Under the pieces are notes generated by a model. The model searched no databases and had not been told where the DNA came from. It saw only the letters and a list, made by a program, of their open reading frames with translations. From Macrostomum hystrix (taxonomy: Eukaryota > Animalia > Platyhelminthes), in NCBI GenBank assembly GCA_950097015.1, contig CATNEN010000030.1, positions 1,116,001 through 1,180,000 of the forward strand: DNA of 64,000 nt, given 5' to 3'. A program made the position numbers and the translations under genes. This document shows positions 1 through 12,495 of the stretch, in pieces (the first letter of the stretch is position 1; every line of letters begins with the position of its first letter).

Positions 1-500
1 GTCCACAGCGCTGCCTGACCGCCAGAGGGCTCGGCTGTGGCAGGCGGTGATCGAGACCGTCCTGCTGTACAACGCCGAGTCGTGGACGCTGACGGCTACG
101 CTGGAGCGGCAGCTGGACTCGGCGCACTCGGGGCTGCTCCGTGCGGCCTTTCAAGCTGACGAGAGCGTCGGGACGGAGGCTCTGTACGAGAGAGCTCAGC
201 TGCAACGCCCGTCCACCATCCTGCGCCAGCGACGACTTCGACTAGCGGGCCACGTCATTCGGGCCGAAAGCTACTGCCGCCAGCCCGCCCAGGACGTCCT
301 TCTGCTCACCCTGCAGGGCCCGTTCAGGCGCGGCCAGGCTCGGACCCGCCGCTACGTCGACTGCCTGCTGAGCGACGCCAGGGCGCCCGACACTGCCTCC
401 GGCGCGGACCATGTTCGCGCGCTGGCTCTGCGGCGCATCATTTGACGCCGCCCCCCTGACGTTTGGGGCTTGCGTATTTTGTTGTTGTTGTTGTTGTTGT
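1..500 (+). mobile_element. 3' end of a non-LTR retrotransposon (RTE-like): reverse transcriptase C-terminal region and (GTT)n tail; runs off the window's left edge
   Basis: ORF 47..445 contains VLLYNAESWTLT...LRLAGHVIR, typical of the post-RT C-terminal region of RTE-type LINEs; stop at 445 is followed by a short 3' UTR and a (GTT)n tail at ~479-500. Confidence 0.75.
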
Positions 501-1330
501 CATTTCTGCAATTTGTCTTAATTCAGCCGCTGCTACGAGCTACTATTGAAACGCTTTGTGGGTCACCGACCCCGGTGATAGACAATAGCGCCGACCATTA
601 AACACTTTTACGCTATAGTCGGTTGCCTAGGGCAATATGTAATATATGTAATATATCCGACAAATATTACACTAGATATAATGAAAAGAAATGAAAGAAA
701 GCTCTGTAAACCATTTTTATCGCCTTAGACGTTCAGACACATTGTAGACTATTCTTTTCCTTTTATTTTATGTCTCATAATGCGACGTTCGTCTTCGACA
801 TTTATAAGAGCGTTTGTTATATTCACTGACTATTTTACGACTTGAATATTTCTACGAGACGAAAGTATATGAACCCATTTTGCAGAGTGGGTACAAACTC
901 ATTTTACGAGTAATAACTAAAATTAACTTAACCAGGTGATATTATCCTAATGTCAACATATTTTTTGTCTTGGTGCACAATTAATTGCCATGCCTTTTCC
1001 AGGACTCACTATCACACGTACAATTTCTTATTGTTCCAAATCCAACCTAGATGAGGTATGTGGCGCTTGTTTTAACGAATAAAACAAATACACTGAAGGT
1101 AAAACCAATAAAACCAAGAATAGCTTAGCACATGATTGCCCTAAAGCTCGACCACTCGGCAAAATATATTTACGAGTAGAATAATCTGCCTTGATAAATG
1201 TATACAACAGAATGCCAAGTGGAATGAAAACAAATAGATAAAGCAGTACTGTTAGAAAGCAGGACCATTCATCTAATATTTATAGAGCACCCACAGGATG
1301 CCAAACTAACGGTAGTAAGGTAAGAAAAGC

Positions 1331-4300
1331 ATGAATCTTCACCTTGCTTGCAGAAACGGCAGCAGAGAGGCTGTGGAGGCGCTGCTGAAGTCGGGTGCAA
1401 ACCCGGACGCTCGCGACTCCATGGGACGGACGCCGCTGTGGGTGGCAAGCGAAAAAGGTTTCGTAGCTGCCATGGAGCCGCTGTTGAAAGCCGGGGCACA
1501 GGTGGATTGTGCACAGAGTGATGGAGCAACGCCAATTTTCGCGGCAGCACAAGGCGGTGGCGACGCAGCAGTGGCGAAGCTGCTGGATGCGGGTGCGAAT
1601 CCGAACATCCGGCGTCAGGATGGATGCGGGCCATTGCTGATCGCTACACAGACGGGACACGCGGGTGTCGTTTGTTGCCTGCTGGATGCTGGAGCTGAGG
1701 TCAACCTGAGACGGGGGGACAACTCGTCACCACTGCTGATATCGGCTCAATACGGGCAACAGAGTGTGCTAGAGATGCTACTAAATTCGGGACCTGATCT
1801 TCATCTACCGAACAGGAACGGCTCAGGCCCGCTCTATGCAGCCTGCTGTTTCGGCTACACTGCCGCAGTAAAAAAGCTGCACCTGGCTGGAGCTGAGGTC
1901 AACCAATGGAATAGCCTCGGCCTCACGCCTCTGCACAAAGGATCAGAGAACGGACACTCGGAGCTGGTGAATCTGCTGATCGAAATCGGAGCCCAAGTCG
2001 ACGCCCGAGATAACGTTAGAGCTACTCCGCTTCACTTAGCCGCCGAGAACGGACACGCGACTGTCGCACAGACTCTGGTGCGGGCGGATGCGTCTGTGAA
2101 TGCTCAGGACGATGCCGGAGACTCTCCGCTTCACAGAGCAGCGAGGAGAGGGCACGAGAAAGTAGTCTCCGTGCTTGTAACAGCCGGTGCCGACGTGAAC
2201 CTAGAGAACAATGCGGGCGACACTCCGCTAACTGTAGCAGCTGGCCACTGTACCAACTCTGAGATTCTCAGCCTTCTAGTGCCTAACTCATTGACCAAAA
2301 ATATCGAAATGGGATTGACAGCCGCTTTTTTCTTTGGACTCGAAGAAAATGCCCTACAATTGCTAAGCATGCTCAACATGGACGCGAAAGCTCTCCGGCG
2401 CATTTTACCGAGCTCTTGCGCCCAACTGGCCACCGAGTGTCTGCGTCGCATCACTACGCGTATTCGACGCCGATCCAGCTCACCATCATTTTCATTAGCT
2501 GATGTAGAGTAGGTGGTTCTATAATTAAATGATATGACAAGCACAATTCGCCACAATAACTTGAAAAAACAGGGCTTTAAAGTCCATGCAATTTATTCAG
2601 ACTCGAGCAGCCCAACAGCCAGTTCAGCGAGCAGTTGTCCGAGGCCCTCAGGCACGCCGGGTTCACCAGAGAAGGCGCAATCGCTCAGCAGGCCCAGGCG
2701 GACATACTCCAGGACATCGTCCGAAGGATCAAACCAAACATCTGCATCAATGTTGTCGGCAGTTTCAGTGAAGGCTGGGGAAGCTCATTGAAGAGCCTGG
2801 ATGGTCAGATTGACGAAGACTCTGACATCGACTACACCGAGATTCTGCCAGTTGAGCTGCACATAGCTGATTATTGCAAGTGCCAATCGCCAGATCCAGA
2901 TAACCTGCTCAGCTATGAAGGAGGATATTCTCGATTCCGAACAGCAGGCAAGTTTCTTATCGACCAATTGCAATTATATAGACCTGAGTAAAATGTGTAG
3001 ACTTGGATATGCTGCAGAGTAGACTGTGGCGAAGTTTTCCTGGTGGTATCTCGGCTTGACCATAGACAATATTTAAGATCATTGAACCCCCTGCCCATAC
3101 AATTTCAGCCACGAACCCGAGCAATCCCCAGCTGAGGACGTTGCAGTCGCCTGCCATGGACTATGTCAACGCACTGCGCACCTGCTGCTACCCAGACATT
3201 CCTGCCTTGGCTCCTGGTCGACCTACACACATTCCCCCTGAGCTGCTTAAACAACTGAGGTTCGAGCTCCAACATTCATTGTGCCACCTCGTCCGAGCGG
3301 CGCCTCCCGGCAAAGAGGGCGAGTGGCTCCGGCTGAGCACGACCTTCCTGGAGAGGCGGATGATCCGAGGATTCAACACAGAGCAGGGCCAGCTGTTCGT
3401 CATCCTGAAGTTCCTCATCAAGCGACACCTCTCCAACACGGTGAGCGGACTCAAGACCTACGTGGCCAAGACTCTCTTGTTCCGCATGGTGGACGAGACT
3501 CCGGCGAGTGATTGGCGAGCCGACAATCTGCTGCAGCTGACCAGGCGAGCTCTGCAGATTCTGCTCGACGGCCTGCAGCAGGGCGGAGAGCACGAGTGCC
3601 TGCGACATTTCTTTGCTCCCAGGGCCGCCGTGTATCTGCGCAGCGGCCACTCGGCAAAGAGCGACGTCATTGAGGCCGTGAGGAGCAGCATGAACGACCT
3701 GCGGCAGCCTCTGATGAAACTCATGGAACAGTTGGTACCGATCAGCGACTCGACTTTCGCGCCATTTCACCCATTTACTATGACACCTGCCATATATGAT
3801 CTGCATTCCTTAAGCTCTAATATTGACTTGCTGGACCTATATCACGTTGTGTGGACTGTTTTTCGAGACTTGGCAGGTGACTCTTTTCCGTCTATTTCGC
3901 TAATCGAATGCATCCCGGAGTTTGCGTTCTCAGCCCGAGAGAGCCTTAAAGCCATGGCTCAACTGAAGTTGGGCCAGAAAGATGCTGCTCTGCAAACGCT
4001 TAAAGCTGCCGTGCATCACAAAGTGAGCAAATGGGCTGTCAAGGCCCAGCAGAATGTGACAGTGGGGGTGGTGACTGCTGAGTTATGGCTTAAGTTCAAG
4101 AACAGTGACGCCAACTATCGCTTCTGCTTCCGCTACGACAGGCGACCCGAGCTGAAGTTCCTGTCTGAGTTAGCAAGAATCAACTTTCCTCTGAAAATGT
4201 TGTTCTACGCCAATAGGTTCTATATGAACTTCGATGCTTTACTTAAGTGGCTCTGCTTGGAGCTCATTCCGACGGACGCCCTGGTTCCATCCAGACGTTG

Positions 4301-5723
4301 GTTTGACGACTTGCTTCACGAGCCGCATGTCGACGTCCCCGACCTTGCGCTGGCTTTGCGCTTCTGCACAGACGCGGGCATTCTGGCCAGAATCATTCAT
4401 CGAGAAAGGAGCGTCATCGCCACCTTGCCGTCTGTTCGGCAGATGCTGGAGGACTGCATGCGTCGACTTGTGAGTTCAAAAGTTAAATGGCTCTCTTGAA
4501 AATATATACAGAACCTGCTTGGAGCGCTTAGTTTGACATAAACTAGTCAATATGGAAGGAGATGCTGGCTTAAACATTGCAAGATAATTTTAATCATATA
4601 TCCTTCAACCAAGAATGTCCTCTAAGTCACGCACCGATGCCGGCGAGGAATGCTGCGAATGTGGCGGTCTAGTCGCTGCTGTGGAATTCGTTGTAATTTT
4701 CCTGCTAGCTCAGCACAGCACCTTGCTGCTGCTCCCAATGTTGACCTTAATGGGTTTAAGTTCTGGCCTAATCGGCACGTCAAATAGCACAGCTCGCCTG
4801 CTCAAGTCATATGTAGCATCGGTTTGGTCACACAGCCTCTGTGCACCAGGGCATTGTCCAGCTGCAGGACGGTGCCAACAACTAGGTTTATCAGCGGTTT
4901 CATAAAACGGCTGCAGCAATTCTGAACAATTAATTGAGTTGACAAATCTCTCTTGCGCAGAACTAGCTCGCTACGATTCCAAGTTCAAATGGCTCATTGA
5001 CGTGAGCCAAGGTGCAGCCTGATTGGCCGGCCATTCCCTAGAAAGCGCTCCTGCAACCCTACGATGTTCCAGGTTGTCATAGTTTGAAGAAGATAATGGC
5101 TGTGTGATTCACGAACCCCCTTTGATTCAGTAAACACCAACGCTTTCTAGCAGGGTGATTTTTATGAGTATTTAGGGCAGTTTATATCAGCAGGGGGTCG
5201 GTGGCAGAGCGGTTAACGCGTTTGCCTCTCGCACCAATGTCCCTAAGCTCAATTCCGCGGCGAGACATTTTTTTGAGGCGCAGCCACGGAGCTTGTCGTG
5301 CAATTACTGCCTTTGAGGGCCAAATCCAAGGCAGAGTGAAAGTGTACACTGCCTGACGATGAGAAAGTCGCAGCAGATGTATAATACATCCCTGTGTGAG
5401 CGTGTGCCTGCGTACAGTATCTGAGTGCGTGTGTGCTCAGGAGTCAGCGAAATGGGCAGAATTGCCTCCTCGCAGGCTGCGGGTCTAGTGTCACAAAATG
5501 GTGCACCATTACCCACAGCCCTCCTGGAATTATTATTTTGTTAGTATTGTTTCAGCAGCCTTTACACCTGCACCCACTGCAGCCCAATCTGAAGGAGTGC
5601 TGCATCCGTCGGACACTGATGGTCGTGAGTCGCCAGTTGCGCCTGGACACGCGCTGCAGGCGAAGGCGGAGGCGAAGCGGCCGTTTACGCGAGATGCCAC
5701 CTGAGCTACCCTGTGGCAGGTGA
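1331..5723 (+). CDS. Ankyrin-repeat / Mab-21 (cGAS-like receptor, cGLR) fusion gene, copy 1; predicted exons 1331-2508, 2601-2947, 3109-4469, 5583-5723 (~1008 aa)
   Basis: ~10 ankyrin repeats (TPLHxAAxxGH pattern). Donor GA|GTAGGT (2509) to acceptor TTTATTCAG| (2600) keeps frame. Exon 2 has the NTase motif VVGSFSEG...DSDID. AG|GCAAGT (2948) to TTTCAG| (3108) keeps frame. Exon 3 has Mab-21 motifs DYVNAL, RLSTTFLER, LKTYVAKTLLF, CLRHFF. CTT|GTGAGT (4470) to GCAG| (5582) keeps frame into a terminal exon that the paralog also has. Total length 3027 nt is divisible by 3. Confidence 0.85.
4620..4880 (-). mobile_element. Highly decayed Tc1/mariner transposase remnant within intron 3 of cGLR copy 1
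   Basis: Minus-strand fragments in different frames read VLQLDNALVHR (cf. FQQDNAPxH), NLNPL (cf. DLNPIE) and RIPQQRLDRHIRSIPRRHRCV (cf. Tc1 C-terminus IPxxxIxxLIxSMPRRC); stops and frameshifts present; no TIRs seen. Confidence 0.45.
5193..5540 (+). mobile_element. tRNA-derived SINE, family A (near full-length copy)
   Basis: Head GGGGGTCGGTGGCAGAGCGG (A-box-like) ... GCTCAATTCC (B-box-like); body GTACACTGCCTGACGATGAGAAAGTC...GTGCTCAGGAGTCAGCGAAATGGGC is shared with copies at ~41035-41410 and ~61310-61490. Confidence 0.75.
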
Positions 5724-8152
5724 AGAGAGCGACTGAAATAAAATAGTTTGACAAACTCCGCCGTGTTACTAAATGGTCAAAGACAAATTATGGAAAATAA
5801 TTACTGTTTATCAGTAAATCAAGTCAAGTAAGTCTGTTGGATTGAATGATCAGACAGCCAATCAGATTTTGTGGATGGAGTGACTTCTTAGACAATAGGA
5901 TTTGCAAGATGTTAGTCTTATCAGTTTTTTGTATAGAATTAGAAAATCAATGGCCAAAGAGGCCATTTCCGCTCTTTTTTCGTTTCTTTGAAATCCTTAA
6001 AAACTCAAAATCGCTTTGTGATTTGATGATTGCTAGTAGTTTAATAATTTGATATCATTTTATGTAAAAAAGATTAGATTTTGAAAATCTGAGCACTTTA
6101 AATTATGTCAAATTATTTTCATTTCAGGCCAACATGCTTTCACATTACAGTCACATTACTATTCTTTTACATGTGCAAGCCCTTTTGAGAATAAAGATTT
6201 TCATTAATTCCATTTTGAAAACTTGAACACAGAAGCAAAAGAAAACAGAAAATTGTAAAGTTCTTCTTTGTCGGCTTATGATAGAAATTTGTTACTGTAT
6301 TTTATAAGAAATACAGATTTATAAATCTATATTTCTGTATCAATATCTAGACGTCGCCAGGGCACTCGTATATGATTTGAGCGTGGGCCTGCGTTGGGTT
6401 CTTTTAGTCAGAAAAAGTCAAACTTGACAGTTGAGCAGCGGGGAATTGCCCCCCCACACTGAATTTTTTTGTGCTGCACCCGAACGGAACAACGCAAGCA
6501 CACGAACTAGCTCTTCAGACAGTCGAGATATTCAATGTTTCCGGCCGAAGGTCAAATTTTTCCCATAAGAGCTAGTGTATTTGATACACCCATATACACA
6601 GATTAGCACTGCGCCTCAGTGCAGCCTTGCCAGGCCTTCAAAATTTATCAGCATGTCACCCGAATGTGGCTGCATCACCTCCATCATCGGTGGCACCTAC
6701 CTTTATCTAGACGGATTTGCTGGACCTTCAAAGGCTACAACAGGTAGAAATAGGCCACAACGGACACCCTGACACGAATTTCTCCAATTTCACTGATCAA
6801 GCCTAAATATTAGGCGCAGCTCAACCACAGGACACCATCGCATAGTCTGTCAACCAATCAGTCATCACCCAACACTGTTAGCATTCAGGCGCTGCCAAAA
6901 AAGGATCAGGGGGTGAATTCCACTTGGTATAAAAACGGGCGGCAAAATGGCTTGGCAGTCCTACAGTTAACACGTTGGATGATCTTCAAACAGTTGTTTT
7001 AATTCTAGAAGACAAGAAAATACATTTAACAAATACAAAGACCTAAAAAAATTTTGTTTATCAAATTGAGTATTTCTTTTATTTTTTTACGCATTCTGCA
7101 GATGTATAAATCTGTATAATCCATCGGAAAAAACTAATCTAAACGGGGTAATCAACCTGACAATATGCATGACCGCACCGACAATACATGGAATGAAGCA
7201 TAAAAAGCGGAATAGTTATATAAACTAAAGTACAAAGAATAAAGCAAACAAATTATTTCTATGATCAAGTAGCAATGAACTATACACATGAACAAAACAT
7301 TGGCTTCATGACCAAAAGCGAAAAATCCGATTTCGGTTATTTTCCATCAATCAGAAGGGTCGGATCTGGCAAAATGCGATCGCACATCACCTGCCACAGG
7401 GCAGCTCAGGTGGCATCTCACGTAAACGGCCGCTTCGCCTCCGCCTTCGCCTGTAGCGCGTGTCCAGGCGCAACTGGCGACTCATGACCATCAGCGTCCG
7501 ACGGATGCAGCACTCCTTCAGATTGGGCTGCGGAAGGGCACGCAGTTCGTAAAGCAAGACAAGTATTTTTTTTACCAATAATACAACTGAAAATGCGGAG
7601 GTAAAAAAGTAGCCAGGTAACTGCTAAGCTAACGAACATTGCAGCAGAATAAGTCGTCAGACAGGAATTCCCTGCCATCATTTATCTACTTACAGTAGCA
7701 GATGCGTTCTAATAACAGCCTTACTTAGTAGCTATTAATATTACCTCTCCCTAATTTCTTTACGTGAGGGCTCACCAGGCGACGCATGCAGTCCTCCAGC
7801 ATCTGCCGAACAGACGGCAAGTTGGCGATGACGCTCCTTTCTCGATGAATGATACTGGCCAGAATGCCCGCGTCTGTGCAGAAGCGCAAAGCCAGCGCAA
7901 GGTCGGGGACGTCGACATGCGGCGCGAAAAGCAAGTCGTCAAACCAACGATGTAAATCGACTTGCGCTTCCTCTGGAGCGAGCTCGAGAAAGAGACTTTT
8001 TAGAAAAGCGTCAAAGTTCATGTAGAAGCGGTTGCCGTAGAATTGCATAGGCAGAGGAAAATTGTCCCTTGTAAACTGCGGTAGAAACTTCAGATCGGGC
8101 CGCCTGTCGTAGCGGAGAGTGAACCGGTAGTTTGCGTCACTACTGGTTTGAT

Positions 8153-8413
8153 TGTAACCGTCTTAAAGGCTACAACTAAGAAAGGCAGATGTTTGCAGTG
8201 GAACGTAAGATAGGACGTTATGCCTTAGCGGTCTCGCCCGGCTAAGACTTCTGGGCTTGAGTGACTGTATTTATGTGTCAGCATTAACCATAGACAAGAG
8301 GATATTATATGCGCTCTATATTAGGGGCTTTGCTCTAAAGTCTAAGTAACAAGTATGTAAGTTAACGGTGCTGAAGCTTAATATCGCTTGAAACTAGAAC
8401 TGCTGCTGCTACA
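8153..8413 (-). repeat. 3' LTR (261 bp)
   Basis: TGTAACCG...GCTACA; matches 12496..12756; preceded on the minus strand by the polypurine tract. Confidence 0.97.
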
Positions 8414-8417
8414 AATA

Positions 8418-8428
8418 CCCCCCCTCCC
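8418..8428 (-). promoter_or_regulatory. Polypurine tract (GGGAGGGGGGG)
   Basis: Purine run 4 nt upstream of the 3' LTR on the minus strand. Confidence 0.85.
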
Positions 8429-8547
8429 AAAGGCAGGTAAGGGGATAACTCATGAAGCATATAGGATCATAAGCAATGTCAAGCAAACACACCTGCGCGC
8501 GATAGGGAGCAAACGTCAGTGTCAATGGGGTACAATTTACGCATAGT

Positions 8548-11500
8548 TCAAGTGAAAGTGACGCGGCGGGGTCTCAACCGTGAACGCATAGAGTCCTCCG
8601 CATCGGTGGTGATGGGAGGCATTTCGCACTGTGGGCTCGGCAGCCGTGCTGGCTTCACGCGGTCGATGGTCACGTTCGTTGGCGTCCCCCGGATGTCGAG
8701 GGTGAATGTAATTGGTGACCTGTGCAGTACGCGAAACGGACCCTGGTAAGGTGCTTCTAGCGGCTTCCGTACGCGGTCGAGACGGAGCCAGGCGTGGCTG
8801 CAGTCTTCCAGGTTGCCCGGAAGGTGTGTCGGCGTTTGTCGTGTGCGCGGCAAACGGTAGGGGTAGAAAAGGTTGTGGAAGCGATCGGATAGTTGGTGCA
8901 GGCTTGAATCGTCTGTTACTACTGGAGGCACGATTGGTTGCTCGCCGGTCACTCCGGAAAAACGGGCAGTGTCCAGCGTCGTCCGGCTGAATCCGCAGTC
9001 CGAGTAGCACAATTGGCAGTTGTTCAAGCCAACAGCGTCCTCGAGCCCGAAGGGCAGCCTTCAGCGAGCGGTGTGCTCGCTCGACCAGGCCGTTGGCTCG
9101 GGGGTTGTACGCTGAGGTTCTGATGTGATGGATGCCGAACAGCTTGGTAAGTTCTGCCATGAGCTCGGCGCGGAACTGGGCACCCTGGTCCGTGATGAGC
9201 GTCAGAGGTGGACCGAAGCGAGACACCCAGGCGCTGAGGAATCCACGGGCGACGGACGCGGCGGAGATGTCGATCAGCGGGACGGCCTCCAACCAACGCG
9301 TGTAGGCGTCGATGATTGTAAGTAGGTAGCGTGGTAGTTGTCGACCATCAGCTTCCGGGGGCGTTAATGGCCCGACGATATCCATGTGTACCGCTGTGAA
9401 TCGCTGAGAGGGTGTTGGTAGCTGATCTAGTGGTCGGCGCACATGCTGAGTGACTTTGTTGGCTTGGCACTGCTGGCATTCTTCTGCCCAACGGCGCACG
9501 TCGCGCGACATCTCGGACCAAAAGTAGCGGTGGCTGATCAATCGGCAGCTAGCCTTGACACCAGGATGGGCTAATGAATGAATCGATGTAAAGATGTGCT
9601 TTCGCAACTCCGGTGGCACGACTGGCCGCGGATTGGGGTACGATGTCTCACAGAGTAGTTGGCAGTCAGTCAGTCCGATGTCAAAGAGCTTGAAAGCGTC
9701 GGACTCCGGTGTCGGCGTTGAATCCAACTGTTGTGCGCGTGCAATTGCCGGTAGGTCAATGCTGGGTAACGCATGCGTGGTTTCGTCTGTCGGGACTATC
9801 TCCTGTGCGGCGGCGACCAGCGCCTCGGATGTTGAGCTGTTTTCGCGGTCTTTTGAGGGCCGTGACAGTGCGTCGGCGACGACGTTGGCTTTGCCGGCAA
9901 TGTGAACAATGTCCGTGACGATCTCGGAGATTGCCGACATTTGGCGCTGCTGTCTGTCGGAGAAGCGTTCCTTGTTGCTTGCGAAGGCGCCGATAATTGG
10001 CTTGTGGTCGCAGAACACCGTCACCGTCTGGCCTTGAAGCAGATGTTTCCAAGCTTTGATGGCGGCGAAGATAGCGAGTAGCTCCCGATCGAAGGTGCTG
10101 TACGCAGCTTCGGTGTCGGAGAGCTTCCTTGAGAGAAAGGCGAGAGGCGTAGAGTCACCGTCTACTACCTGGTGCAGGCAGGCTCCGAGGGCCATAGAGC
10201 TGGCGTCTGTCGTTACTGTGAAGTTGGCTCGAGGGTGAGGAAAGGCGAGTGTGACGGAGTCGGCGAGTGCGTCTTGCAGGGAACGCCATGCCAGGTCATG
10301 CTCTGGGAGCCAATCGAAGGTGTTGTGCAGAAGTCGTCGCAGCGGGAGCAGTAGTTGCGCGTAGTGCGGAATGTGGCGCTGATAAAAGCCGAACATGCCG
10401 AGGTAGCGCTGTAGCTCCTTGCTGTCCTTGGGCGTCGGGAGGGCTCGTAGGGCGCTCACTCGATCAGGCAGTGGTCGGATCCCGTCTCCGGAAATCTGAT
10501 GACCTAAGAACTCAATGGTGTCCTGGTAGAATTGACATTTGTGAGGGCTCACTCGCAGGCCGGTATCGCTCAGGCGTTGAAGTACGGCATGCAGATGTGC
10601 ATCGTGGTCCTCACGGCCGGCGCTGTGGATCAGAATGTCATCGATGTAGGTGACGACGAATGGCATGTCGCGGAAAATGGAGTCGACAAATCGTTGAAAA
10701 GTGCTAGCTGCGTTGCGCAGGCCGAACGGCATGCGTAGATACTCAAACGAGCCGAATGGCGTGCAGACTGTAGTTTTCTCGATGTCCTCCTCGGCAATGG
10801 GCACGAAGTGGTAGGCCTTGACCAGGTCAAGCTTGCTGAACACTCGTGCGTTGTGGAGTCGATGATGAAAATGACCGATGTGTGGTATCGGGTAGCGATC
10901 TGGCTTGGTCACTGCATTGAGTGCGCGGTAGTCTCCACAGGGGCGCCACGAGCCGTCCTTCTTCTTCACCATGTGGAGAGGGGACGCCCATGGGCTGGCG
11001 GCGGGTCGCACGATGCCAAGACGGAGAAGCTGGTCGAACTCCGCCTTTGCTGCGTCGAACTTGGCTGGAGGGAGTGGGCGGGGGCGGCAGAAAAGCGGCT
11101 TGCTGTCGGTGATGATCTGGTGACTGACTGTGCTTGACGAAGGAGCAGACGAATAGTCTGGGGCTTCTGCTAGTTGTGGGAAAGCGTCGAGAGGTGTTGC
11201 TAGCACTGACGATGTAGCTAGTACGCGCGGTGCTACTTCCGCTGCTGCATGGAGAGAGGCATTGAGCTCCGTAGTCGGGTCATGCACCCGCTTGTTGCGC
11301 ATGTCGATCAGGAGACCGAACTTAGCTAGGAAGTCGGCTCCCAAAATCGGCGGTGTGTTAGTGACAATGAAGTTCGCAGAAAAGAGGCGGCGTAGATCCG
11401 GGACAGCGAGGGATAGCGAGCACTGGCCAAGAGTGTGGAATTCGCGACCATCAACGCTGCGTAGGCGGACTTGCGTGGGAGCCAGCAGGTGTCGAGGAGC

Positions 11501-11728
11501 GAGGTCCAACGGTAGTAGGGAGCGCTCGGCGCCGGTGTCCACAACGAAACGAACAGTTTTTCCGAACAACTTGCAGGGTAGTAACAGCGAAGAGGCCTCG
11601 TTGAGGTCATGGCTCGGCCCTGGCGCATGACCTACATGTTTGTTGGGCTGACGGCGCGCGACTGGGCCGGCGTAGCCTGGCGGCTGTTGAGCACACGCTG
11701 CGGCTTGGATTCGGGCCACTGGCACCAT
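8548..11728 (-). CDS. pol: Pol polyprotein (aspartic protease, RT, RNase H, integrase) with one apparent frameshift at ~8960
   Basis: VDTGAERS (protease), YIDDILI (RT), TTDASS (RNase H), HSLAH...CQQC (IN zinc finger), MDIVGP/TDQGAQF/NGLVER (DDE). The GPY/F tail [12 protein letters not shown] is in a different frame (ORF 8548..9027) after a T5 run. Confidence 0.93.
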
Positions 11729-12456
11729 GGTCGGCAGGTGCGAGCGTCTGCGCCGTAGTAGATGTGGGCGTTGCAGACCTTCTGTCTCTGTTGTCGAGGG
11801 CGTCGCTGCGGTCGAGCCTCTCGAGCACTTCCTTGGGGAGAGGCGGTGGGTGTCGCTGTGGCTCGCGCGATGGTGTGGAAAGGTGTCAGGGGACCGGCGA
11901 CTGCCAGCATGCTGTCGGCGATCTTGGCAAAATTGTCGAGCGCTTCAGACTCATGGCCGACGAGCGCTGAACGGATGTTGCCGGGAAGGGCGGAAAGCAG
12001 GCGAGATTTTACGATCGAGTCGTCTACCTGTAGTCCAACCTCTGTGAAGCGACGCCGGATGTCCGTAACCAGCTGCGTGGGGCGGCGATCACCGAGCTCG
12101 ACAGCTGCGAGCGCTTCTTCGATGCGCTGGTGGCGGTTGGCGCGAAGCATTTCCGTCACGGCCGCCTTCAGCGCTTCGTAGTTGTCTTCAACGTCCACCA
12201 TGTCACAGGCGACATCTTCTGGCAGCGCGGCCAGGGCGTGGTGGAACTTTGTCGTCGAGCAGGTAACGCGTGCTAAGATGAATTGGGATTCCAGCTGGCG
12301 GAACCATACGTCTGGCGCTTTTCGGTAGAAGGGAGCCGGGCGGACCGTGCCACGGTTGCCGGGCTCTTGGACAGTAGGTGTAGTGCTGGCTACGTCGGCG
12401 GAAGCAGAAGGGCCGTGGTTAGCCTCGGTTCGTCGTTGGTTTCGTTTGTTGGGCAT
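11632..12456 (-). CDS. gag: Gag protein (274 aa) with CHCC zinc knuckle
   Basis: [21 protein letters not shown]-terminal Gag motif; C-x2-H-x9-C-x3-C ([18 protein letters not shown]), the knuckle type described for CsRn1-clade elements. Confidence 0.9.
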   Translation of the reverse strand: MPNKRNQRRTEANHGPSASADVASTTPTVQEPGNRGTVRPAPFYRKAPDVWFRQLESQFILARVTCSTTKFHHALAALPEDVACDMVDVEDNYEALKAAVTEMLRANRHQRIEEALAAVELGDRRPTQLVTDIRRRFTEVGLQVDDSIVKSRLLSALPGNIRSALVGHESEALDNFAKIADSMLAVAGPLTPFHTIARATATPTASPQGSAREARPQRRPRQQRQKVCNAHIYYGADARTCRPWCQWPESKPQRVLNSRQATPAQSRAVSPTNM

Positions 12457-12480
12457 CGCGGTATTGCAGCCTTGTCACAC

Positions 12481-12492
12481 GCTCTGCTACCA
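12481..12492 (-). promoter_or_regulatory. Primer-binding site, probably initiator tRNA-Met
   Basis: TGGTAGCAGAGC lies 3 nt inside the 5' LTR; its first 11 nt are complementary to the 3' end of metazoan tRNAiMet (...CUCUGCUACCA). Confidence 0.8.
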
Positions 12493-12495
12493 ATT

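Noticed and set aside
1331-4499. Treating ORFs 1331..2512, 2635..2991 and 3141..4499 as three separate genes
   Set aside because: Frame-consistent splice sites join them, the NTase fold is split between the second and third, and the paralog has the same layout
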